From: Candidatus Methylomirabilis oxygeniifera
GTDB taxonomy: Bacteria > Methylomirabilota > Methylomirabilia > Methylomirabilales > Methylomirabilaceae
Reading direction: 5' to 3'
Length of the DNA: 32,000 nt
NCBI GenBank assembly: GCA_000091165.1
Contig: FP565575.1
Coordinates: 1,770,001-1,802,000 of the forward strand
The position numbers and the translations under genes are program-made. Positions 19,565-27,406 of this stretch are shown here, piece after piece; the stretch's first letter is position 1, and every line of letters begins with the position of its first letter. The notes beneath the pieces are model-generated. The model was not told the DNA's origin and searched no databases. It saw only the letters and a list, made by a program, of their open reading frames with translations.

Positions 19565-20283
19565 TGCTTCTGCCCCTTTAGGTTGACTAATTCAGAGATT
19601 AGCCTGTTAAGACTGCCGGCTATTTCCTTCTTGAGGTCAACAACCCGTTCTCGCAATTCTTGTAGATTCTGCTCACTTCCATGCTGTTCAATGAGACGTG
19701 CAATTCTTAACTCTGACTCTTCTACCCTTGCTATATCTGCACTAAAAGTTGCAAGTAACCGTCGAATTGCGTCGTGACCGCCGCCATATTTTATATCCGG
19801 ATCGAAGACATCCGATAACTTCTCCGAGAGCTCCGCCCAGAGGTGCTGTAATAAAGTCCGGACTTGGATCTCGACCAACTTCCCAGAGGTCTTGGCAATG
19901 ATGTGAACCGCTCTGTAGCCATGGCTGGGATCGGCTCGGCGGTCTATTACGGACGCCCCAGGCCACATGAAAAGTAATGCTACAGCAATACTTTCTTGCT
20001 CCGTAATGTCGGCTACGACTACCCTGCACCCGGCGATATCCTGCACCTGGCTCAGCCGGATGCTTTCGCGACGGAGCTTCTCTATCAGCGAGCCCGTAGA
20101 TTTGGCTGGTCTTCCCGTTGGCTGCAATTTGAGTCCCTCACGTAGAAATCGGACTACAGTTTCGCACGCCTCTTCAAACGACCGTCGATACTCATCGAGG
20201 ATTCTTAGATCGGACTCGGTGAGAGAATCTTCCCTCAAGCGGTCTCCAAGCTGGTCAATCTGCGTATGGCTAAGATTTGTCAT
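19561..20283 (-). CDS. RelA/SpoT-domain (small alarmone synthetase-like) protein
   Basis: GRPAKSTGSLIEKLRRE, VQDIAGCRVVVAD, HGYRAVHIIA, VEIQVRTLLQHLWAELSEKLSD are the canonical synthetase motifs. No HD hydrolase, TGS or ACT domain. The track ORF extends to a TTG at 20316; ATG is at 20283. Confidence 0.88.
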   Translation of the reverse strand: MTNLSHTQIDQLGDRLREDSLTESDLRILDEYRRSFEEACETVVRFLREGLKLQPTGRPAKSTGSLIEKLRRESIRLSQVQDIAGCRVVVADITEQESIAVALLFMWPGASVIDRRADPSHGYRAVHIIAKTSGKLVEIQVRTLLQHLWAELSEKLSDVFDPDIKYGGGHDAIRRLLATFSADIARVEESELRIARLIEQHGSEQNLQELRERVVDLKKEIAGSLNRLISELVNLKGQKQ

Positions 20284-20511
20284 GAATTGATGTAGTCCGA
20301 TGTCCGGTCTGCCCAACTATTAAGCGAGGCCGACCACAATAATGACACGCAAAGAGCAACCCCCGCAATCTATACTGACGCGAGCGGCAATGAACCATCT
20401 TGGGTCGCCCATCTCTTCGGCTAAGTCCTCTTACTCTCAATTAAGACAGGACGTGCGCCTACCGACTGACTAGCCCTGAGAGGTCTTCGACCTGATCCTC
20501 TGCCCGGCGGC

Positions 20512-23500
20512 TTACGCCAAATGCCGGCGAAGGAAATCTCGCGTCTGCGGCCAGGTGAACAGGTTCGTGTGATGGACGCCGCTCATCGAGTGAACGAGAA
20601 CGCCGGGAGGAGTCGGAACCTTCGGGTCGGGGTTGAAGATGAGGATGCGGTGTGCTGGGATGACGGGGCCGACGGTTTCGAGGTTCGGTGTCGCGTCTAC
20701 CGACCAGACATGCGCGGTGTCTACCACAAGATCGTTAGGATCGCCGAAAAATGCGTCAATGGTCGCGTCTCCGGCTTCACTGAGTAATCGTTTGAGATTG
20801 AATTCATCGCGCTCGGGTTCGTAGTTTGCGGCGATGGCAGCATAGCTGACATTCTTGGGAAGTGGAGCCGGACTTTGCAGGCGACGCAGGAAATCGGATG
20901 TGCCTTGAGCCGTCGGGTTTTGCGCGTGCAGGCCAGGAATCGCTTTCACGGCACCTCGGACCAGGAGCTGAACGAAGAGTCCGCTCAGTCGTCCGTAAAA
21001 ACCCGTCGGATCAGCATGCGCAAGATTGATCAGCACATCAGCGGCCCGACCCCAATTGTCGGGATTGGCGAGATCCGTTCCGCTGTTCGGCGTTCCGACA
21101 AACACGAGGCGTCGAACCGCGTCATCGTGATTACCCAGCTCAATCAACGCGCGCGCCACCAGGCCGCCGCGACTATGGGTAATGATGTCGAGTCGATGGC
21201 CTGTCCGTAGGCGTGGATCAAGCCGCTCCCACAGTTCCTTGGCGTTATCTTCCGGAGACTTCGACAGTGTCCAGTGGTTGTAGCCGATCACGCCGCGATA
21301 CTGTTGACGCGCCCAATCGAGAAACTGCTCGCCGAGGCCATTTATCGGGGATTCCGTCTTGCTGAACGTTCCGTGAATAATCAGAAGCACCCGATCAGTC
21401 TGGCCTGGGGCTGGTGCGCCATCGAGCCAACCCCACTGTCCGGATCGTGGCAGCGGGTCATATTGCGGACCGGATGTGATGTGTAGAAGTTGTTCGACGG
21501 CGACCGTCTCCCGATCAAATTGCTCAACCAGACGGAAAATTAATGGCTTGGTTTCATCCCCAGTGATCGTTCCGACGACCCAGCGTCCGATAACGCGCAG
21601 GTAATCCTTGAACCCACGCTCCAGACCGAGCGCGCCTCTGACCGAATCCTTCATGGCGGCCGTTCCGAGTTCGGAACCGGGCAGCGGAAGTCGCTGACCG
21701 GTATTCGGATCGATAATCTGCCATACGCGGATGCCGTTGATTTCCACAAGTTCGAATCCGGGAGTTTTCTCTGGCAAGGACTCAATGCCGCGAGCCACAT
21801 CAACGGAGAGTTGACGAATGCCTGGACCAGCGATGAGACCATCAATCTCCTTGGCTGTGGCCTGGGCCAAGCGTTTCATGCGAATGCGCGAACGGCCCGG
21901 CCGCGACGGCACCGGGGTCGGTTCCGGAGCCATTTCCCGAGCTGCGCGCTCGGCGTGCGGCGTCCACAACGACTCAAGGAGCCGAGGCGTCGGATCGCCA
22001 TAGAGCACGACACTCGCCCAACTGAGCGCACTACGCGCAGGCATCGCAACGCCTGCATTGTTCGCCGCGAGCAGATCGTCTTTTGCCATCGACTTGGCAA
22101 AGCGGAGCGCTTCGCCGAGACTTGCGCGATCGAGCAGCAGCGCACGATAAAAATCGACGGCCAGTTGAGCGGCCGCCTGATCATCTACCGGCCACAGCGG
22201 CGCGATGTAGGCGGCCACGGCCTGGTTGATGAACGCGGTGGCCAGGCCGAACACGTCACTGTGATATCGCATGGCGGAAGCCCCCGCATCCATCCCCGCT
22301 TCGCACGCATTGGCGAAGACGAGCCACGGCGGTGAATCCGTCCACGCCAGCGTGTTCCGGATTTCGCGCGCGCGGAGCATGGCGTCGCTGAGCAGCCACG
22401 CGCTGGATTCGGCATCCTTCTTGTCAAAGTACGCATGACCGGCATAGTGGATGATATCGAACCGGCCGCTGCGGAGATGTTGACGAACATCATTCACGGT
22501 GACGCGGACCCCGACGAGGGGGGTCACTCTGATCGGCACCATGCCCAAGAGTTCGTCACCGAGGCGATCGAATTCATTGATCACCATGCGCGCCTCGCGT
22601 TGAGCCCCGGGCAATTGCCGAGGTCGCCAGCCATGGGTCTTTTCGCACTGGCGCGCAAACTCGGGAGAGAATTGGGGATCACCGATGACCAACACCTCAA
22701 TTGGCCCGGGTTTCCGCTGCATCACGCGACGCGCATGGCCGGCCTCCATGAATACCTGGCGGCCAAGCGCGTAGCGATCACTGAGCATCCCCTGCCGGTC
22801 GCTGATGAGTTCCCATGGATAGCGCATGAACTCAGCAGGAATTTGCAATCGCAAATGGGGCGTTCGGTCAGGTTGCCGCCGTGTCGCTTCACTGCGCTCG
22901 TCCAGCAATCGATCGGCCAGATCCTGCAAGATATCCTCGCCGAGGCTGCGGCCGAATGACTCCAACTTTTGGCGAGCGGTTTCCGTCTCCTCCGAGCTTT
23001 GAAGGAGTTGCTGCAGCGCGCCAAGCGTCGCGTCGATGGCCGGTTGAAACACCCGGCTTTTATGCTCCGCGACAATCGCGCCGGCCACCGCCGATTCCAA
23101 TCGCAACCGATAGTGCTGCCGGCCGCCCTCAGCATCTTGTGTAATCACAGAATCAAGGGAAAGCGTCAACGCCGTCTTGTCATCGAGCGACTGAAACTGC
23201 CCTTTTAGGCCTTCAATGACTGAATCCGGGCTGATCAACCGGCGAAGCAATTCATCGCGGGCCGAACCGTTGGCATCCGACAGCATCGAACTGACAAGCC
23301 GCCACAGCACGTGCGGTTTTTCGCTGATGAGCTGGAATGCGCCGAGCAGCGCCGCCCAATGAACGCGCTTGGCGAATCGCAAGTCGAGATAATTTGAATC
23401 AGCCAACTGAAATGAATGCTCGCCCGATTTATTCGATCCCATCGGATCACGCGTCGGTGGCAGCAGTATGGACAAACCGCGATCTTTTGGTCGCGTATGC

Positions 23501-24651
23501 AGCAACAGCGCATTGCCCGACCGGGTTGAGGCCGTGAACACATCGAGCGCTTTGCCGACCAAGTCGCCGAGTTGCACAATCCGCGCTCGTTGACCGAATG
23601 TCGACTTCGTCTCTTTGCCTTCGATGACCAGCTCCCGTTGAAGATTCTTTAGCAATGCGAACAGATCGACGGCCGGCAGATGCGTCCATGCCTCCGGCTG
23701 CTTGGCGGATTGCTGTGAAGTCGGGGACTTATCGAGTCCATCGGTCGTGATCCAATCCGTTTTCCGGCCCGCTCGACTCACGGCATTGAACACATGCCAA
23801 TCGCCCAGGTGTTGCATGAGCGCCAGCGCCATTGTGTCGAGCACGCGCCCGGCATCATCGAGCGCGTCGAGATTGACTGCGGCCATCGACACATCTTTCC
23901 CGGGATACGCATCGGCCACAGTATCGACAATGATTCGACCAAGCGCGTGTGCGTCAGCATTGGGTTTGGCGGCTCGCGTCTGCCACTTGGAGAGGATGCG
24001 TTGGTACGGCCAACCGTCGTCTGGCAACAATCGCTGCGATGCGACAAGCACATGGGCCAATCTCTCCATCTGGTACGCGATTTCAACGAACGCCGCTGCG
24101 CCCATATCCAACCCAACGAGGTCGACCGGCGCGTGTCGCTTATCTGCAATCTGCTCAAGAATGGCGCGAAGCTCGTGGGCTTCGAGCGCATCTTGAGCGG
24201 TGCGGTCGTGACAAATAGTGAAAAGCTTTTGCAGCACGCGAGCGTCGATTTCTTCGGCTCCGGAACGACCCGCATCAACCGCCAAATGCTCGCGAACATA
24301 CTCAGGAGAGATTCCCAGTCCTGAGAGGATGATCGCCACATGATCGGAAGGCGCGTGCTCGATGCCCCACAGGAAAAAATCAATCGCCGTCTTCGGATCC
24401 CCCGTGTTGACGCGGCCACAATCCACCGAAGAGAGCGGCGAGGATGCGCCTTTGCTCGACTTGGGCGGCAACACATACCGCCGGGCGCCGGCCGCCGTGT
24501 CCACCTGAGCGACAACGTAACACCTGTCGACGCTTCCAACGCGACGAATCTCCTCGAAGTCTTTCTTGATATCGGCTTCCAGATGATTGTCGCCGCACAT
24601 ATACAGGAGGAACGTCCACGGCCTTGTAGCCGGGTGTTTGTGTCGAGTCAT
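20512..24651 (-). CDS. 1379-aa multidomain protein: degenerate clostripain-like (C11) domain + CHAT protease domain + alpha/beta-hydrolase (lipase-like) domain
   Basis: SD GGGGAGG. N-terminus: RPWTFLLYMCGDNHLEADIKKDFEEI...VDLVGLDMGAAAFVEIAYQMERLAHVLVASQRLLPDDGWPYQRIL (C11-like). Middle: DIIHYAGHAYF...WLVFANACEAG...DVFGLATAFINQAVAAYIAPLWPVDDQAAAQLAVDFY (CHAT His739/Cys783). C-terminus: RVLLIIHGTFSKTE...LDIITHSRGGLVARALIELG...VFVGTPNSGTDL...DPNDLVVDTAHV...SGVHHTNLF. Confidence 0.88.
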   Translation of the reverse strand: MTRHKHPATRPWTFLLYMCGDNHLEADIKKDFEEIRRVGSVDRCYVVAQVDTAAGARRYVLPPKSSKGASSPLSSVDCGRVNTGDPKTAIDFFLWGIEHAPSDHVAIILSGLGISPEYVREHLAVDAGRSGAEEIDARVLQKLFTICHDRTAQDALEAHELRAILEQIADKRHAPVDLVGLDMGAAAFVEIAYQMERLAHVLVASQRLLPDDGWPYQRILSKWQTRAAKPNADAHALGRIIVDTVADAYPGKDVSMAAVNLDALDDAGRVLDTMALALMQHLGDWHVFNAVSRAGRKTDWITTDGLDKSPTSQQSAKQPEAWTHLPAVDLFALLKNLQRELVIEGKETKSTFGQRARIVQLGDLVGKALDVFTASTRSGNALLLHTRPKDRGLSILLPPTRDPMGSNKSGEHSFQLADSNYLDLRFAKRVHWAALLGAFQLISEKPHVLWRLVSSMLSDANGSARDELLRRLISPDSVIEGLKGQFQSLDDKTALTLSLDSVITQDAEGGRQHYRLRLESAVAGAIVAEHKSRVFQPAIDATLGALQQLLQSSEETETARQKLESFGRSLGEDILQDLADRLLDERSEATRRQPDRTPHLRLQIPAEFMRYPWELISDRQGMLSDRYALGRQVFMEAGHARRVMQRKPGPIEVLVIGDPQFSPEFARQCEKTHGWRPRQLPGAQREARMVINEFDRLGDELLGMVPIRVTPLVGVRVTVNDVRQHLRSGRFDIIHYAGHAYFDKKDAESSAWLLSDAMLRAREIRNTLAWTDSPPWLVFANACEAGMDAGASAMRYHSDVFGLATAFINQAVAAYIAPLWPVDDQAAAQLAVDFYRALLLDRASLGEALRFAKSMAKDDLLAANNAGVAMPARSALSWASVVLYGDPTPRLLESLWTPHAERAAREMAPEPTPVPSRPGRSRIRMKRLAQATAKEIDGLIAGPGIRQLSVDVARGIESLPEKTPGFELVEINGIRVWQIIDPNTGQRLPLPGSELGTAAMKDSVRGALGLERGFKDYLRVIGRWVVGTITGDETKPLIFRLVEQFDRETVAVEQLLHITSGPQYDPLPRSGQWGWLDGAPAPGQTDRVLLIIHGTFSKTESPINGLGEQFLDWARQQYRGVIGYNHWTLSKSPEDNAKELWERLDPRLRTGHRLDIITHSRGGLVARALIELGNHDDAVRRLVFVGTPNSGTDLANPDNWGRAADVLINLAHADPTGFYGRLSGLFVQLLVRGAVKAIPGLHAQNPTAQGTSDFLRRLQSPAPLPKNVSYAAIAANYEPERDEFNLKRLLSEAGDATIDAFFGDPNDLVVDTAHVWSVDATPNLETVGPVIPAHRILIFNPDPKVPTPPGVLVHSMSGVHHTNLFTWPQTRDFLRRHLA

Positions 24652-24743
24652 CGGGAACCTCCCCGTTCACCGCCGTGCACGCCATGGCGATCGAAAGGTA
24701 AAAAGGCCACTGATCCTCTCCGCGGGCTCTGCGGTGAAATCTG

Positions 24744-25586
24744 TTACACGGGTGAGAGGAACAATCGATCAAAGCTCACCGCCCGACCTTCGAGCTGCGG
24801 CACTTGATCGAACTTGCCTTTCTTGAGCAATTCAATCGTCCGTGCATGTAGTTCGCGATACGTCAATTGACCTTTCTTCTCCTTGATCGCTTCAACCAGG
24901 TTGTACGTCAGCGCCCCGTTGTACTTCCCGCCGATGTAGGCATCAGCGGACGTTTGCGTGTCGCGACAACCCGTGATGAGCAGTTCCGGGATATTGACGT
25001 TCACCACGTCTTTGCCTTTCTTGATCCCCTTTCTCAGCAGCGCCCGCTGACCCCTCACCGCGCCTCTGAGTCGCCGCCCCGATTCGGCCGCAAGAAGATC
25101 CAATGGAGATGGCAGGAACCGCTCGATTCGCTTGGCATCGGGCGGACGCAACTCACGCGTGTTCGACCCTGAATGGCAGCAATCCATGATGACCGTCAGA
25201 TTCACCTTCGGCGGCAGTGTATCGAATTGAGTTCGCAGCCAATCGTCGAGCAAAGGATCTTTCCAGTCAAGATCGGTCGGGCAAAGAATCTCATCCCGAT
25301 GATCCGCCTCGTCACCGCTCTTGTCCGGCACATTCGAACCGTGCCCGGAATAGTGCACCAGCAGCACATCGCCGGGTTTGGCCTTTGCGATCAGCCTTTC
25401 GATTTCGGTCTGCATGCGTTTTTGTGTCGCATCGTAATCAGCAACAACCTTGATATTGCCCTGACTGAAGCCGTAATACTTCATCAGCGCAGCACTGAGG
25501 TTTTTCACGTCATTCACGCAGCCGCGCAGGTCTGCGCCAGGAACTTTGTACTTGTTGATCCCTACAAGCAATGCCTTTTTTGCCAT
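24744..25586 (-). CDS. Caspase-family protease (C14; metacaspase/orthocaspase-like)
   Basis: AAGGAGGA SD. MAKKALLVGINKYKVPGADLRGCVNDV, VLLVHYSGHGSNVPD (His82), VIMDCCHSG (Cys137), GDEADHRDEILCPTDLD. Confidence 0.93.
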   Translation of the reverse strand: MAKKALLVGINKYKVPGADLRGCVNDVKNLSAALMKYYGFSQGNIKVVADYDATQKRMQTEIERLIAKAKPGDVLLVHYSGHGSNVPDKSGDEADHRDEILCPTDLDWKDPLLDDWLRTQFDTLPPKVNLTVIMDCCHSGSNTRELRPPDAKRIERFLPSPLDLLAAESGRRLRGAVRGQRALLRKGIKKGKDVVNVNIPELLITGCRDTQTSADAYIGGKYNGALTYNLVEAIKEKKGQLTYRELHARTIELLKKGKFDQVPQLEGRAVSFDRLFLSPV

Positions 25587-26016
25587 TCCAGTGTCCTCCT
25601 TTCAATGGTAGCGGTAAACTCCATCTGCACAACAGCCGTCAAGTTGACTACTCGGAATCACGATCAATTCGTTACCCCTGGAGTCGCGTCAAGGGGCGAC
25701 TCGGCATCCGATACTCTCCCCCAAGACCAGCACACCGCATTTTTTCAAAGAATTTCTCAAAAGGCGAGAGATTTCTCACGCCTCACCGAAAGAGGAAAAC
25801 GGGGAGGCAGTTTCGATGACTGCAAATGCCGACTGCCTATCATCTGAGACCATCCGGCTGCTGAGAGCTGAGTTAGCGGCAATATCCGACACAAAGCTGA
25901 AGGTGCCAAATATTTTTCAGGATACCAATCTGCCGCGTAAATCGGTACACTCGCAGTTACTCGATCATCTTACGCAAGGCGATGGTACGCTGAGCCGACG
26001 GGTCAAGCGAGGAAGG

Positions 26017-26433
26017 ATGAACATGCAGGACGAGCTACTCAAGACTGATGAGCAATGGAAGGCGCGGCTGACGCCTGAGCAGTTTTACGTCTGTCGGCAA
26101 CAAGGGACTGAAAGACCGTTTTCAGGTGAATACTACGCGTGTCAAGATAATGGAATCTACCAGTGCGTCTGCTGCGGTAATGCGTTGTTCAGTTCGGAGA
26201 CCAAGTTCGACTCGGGGACCGGATGGCCCAGCTTTTGGGCTCCTCTTGCGCCGGATCAGATCACAACCGCGGAGGATACCACGCTGTCAATGCGACGCAT
26301 TGAGGTGCGCTGTAGCCGGTGTGGGGCGCACCTAGGTCACGTCTTTCACGACGGCCCACCGCCGCGCGACACACCTTCGCTACTGCATCAATTCTGTCGC
26401 CTTGAGGCTGGTGAAGGGGTAGGATCGCGCTAA
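26017..26433 (+). pseudogene. msrB: Peptide-methionine (R)-S-oxide reductase MsrB, 3'-frameshifted
   Basis: LTPEQFYVCRQQGTERPFSGEYY, YQCVCCGNALFSSETKFDSGTGWPSFW, EVRCSRCGAHLGHVFHDGPPP. The annotated frame then reads RDTPSLLHQF..., while the other frame reads LRYCINSVALRLVKG*. ATG at 26017 has an upstream GAGGAAGG. Confidence 0.8.
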
Positions 26434-26469
26434 CCACGTTCTCGCCTCGAGCGCGCGACGGCGCCTCTG

Positions 26470-26862
26470 TTAGGGCGTCGCCGTCTGTGGGCGCGCGATG
26501 AGCGCAGGCGATACTACCGTCCGCCCGGGTTCAAAGGGATAGCGTGGGCTCAAGAGCGGTTTGTAATCGGCCGGGAGCGGGATCGGAAACGTTGCGAGCT
26601 CCCACACTCCGGCGCCAACCCGCATCAATCCAAGACCGAAGCCCGAAAGGAAGCCGGCCGGAATCCCATAAAGCGGACCCTGCTCTCGCGCCTCATAGCA
26701 GATCGTCTTCGGCCATTCAATGAATAGTCCAAGGGTCAGGTTCGTCACACCTCTCAGAGCCTTCTGGCCCGGCGTAGAGGCGGCCAGCTCCCCAGCAACG
26801 GCCTGAGTGGTGAGGGCTGTCGATAGCGCAATCGCAAGCACACTAGCACGCACGGTCTTTTT
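26470..26862 (-). CDS. Putative exported protein resembling the TIGR04073 exosortase system-associated family
   Basis: Signal peptide MKKTVRASVLAIALSTALTTQAVA, then KALRGVTNLTLGLFIEWPKTI...GFLSGFGLGLMRVGAGVWELATFPIPLPADYKPLLSP. Confidence 0.6.
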   Translation of the reverse strand, partial: KKTVRASVLAIALSTALTTQAVAGELAASTPGQKALRGVTNLTLGLFIEWPKTICYEAREQGPLYGIPAGFLSGFGLGLMRVGAGVWELATFPIPLPADYKPLLSPRYPFEPGRTVVSPALIARPQTATP

Positions 26863-26943
26863 CATGAGCGCCTCCAACAGGTTTTAGGGGCCGCCCTGTC
26901 GCCTCCAAAGCGTACGACGCGGCACCCTATCAATTGATGACGA

Positions 26944-27282
26944 CTACTGTCTCAGTTCTGATTCTCGCGCAAGCTGCTTGACCTGCTGGGGCGACACATA
27001 GAATCGCCCACCGCAGGTATAGTTGGTCCCGGCCACCAACTCCTCTCGAATGATCTCGCTGGTCCCCATAGTAAGTCCGTAGGCCGTCCCGCCAAGCACC
27101 ACCGTCGCAGCACAGGTGACAAGCTTCAGTGGAAACGTAATGACCGTAGCAATCACGCTGATGGCGCCGGCAGACAGGTCTGCCCCGATGGTCGTCTCCT
27201 CGGCCCTTGCCCATGACACTGCTACGATCTGCACCAAGAGGCACAGCGCAAGGATCGCTGTCAGTCGCCTGAAAGGCTTCAT
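26944..27282 (-). CDS. Hypothetical exported/membrane protein
   Basis: 112-aa ORF with N-terminal signal (LTAILALCLLVQIVAVSWARA) and one further hydrophobic segment. Confidence 0.55.
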   Translation of the reverse strand: MKPFRRLTAILALCLLVQIVAVSWARAEETTIGADLSAGAISVIATVITFPLKLVTCAATVVLGGTAYGLTMGTSEIIREELVAGTNYTCGGRFYVSPQQVKQLARESELRQ

Positions 27283-27312
27283 GCTGTTTTATCCTCCCGA
27301 CTCCAAAAAACA

Positions 27313-27337
27313 GGGTGTAGGGTGTAGGGTGTAGGGT
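27313..27337. repeat. Tandem heptamer repeat (GGGTGTA)x3 plus partial copy
   Basis: cagGGGTGTAGGGTGTAGGGTGTAGGGTAaag read directly at 27313..27337. Confidence 0.85.
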
Positions 27338-27406
27338 AAAGACGGGAGCACGCCACCATCCACACTACGAACCATACGCCTCGCACTTTGCACCTCAACC
27401 GCTCGC

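Noticed and set aside
20317-20511. Non-coding RNA or promoter in the gap between the CHAT-protein gene and the RelA/SpoT gene
   Set aside because: Only a weak TATAGA-like box and a short AGGTC-GAA-GACCT hairpin without a T-tract on the minus strand; too weak to call.
20521-24324. Many plus-strand and alternate-frame ORFs inside the large gene (for example 23702..24196, 23794..24324, 23778..24539)
   Set aside because: All lie within the 1379-aa minus-strand coding sequence, which has coherent domain motifs. They are GC-rich shadow frames.
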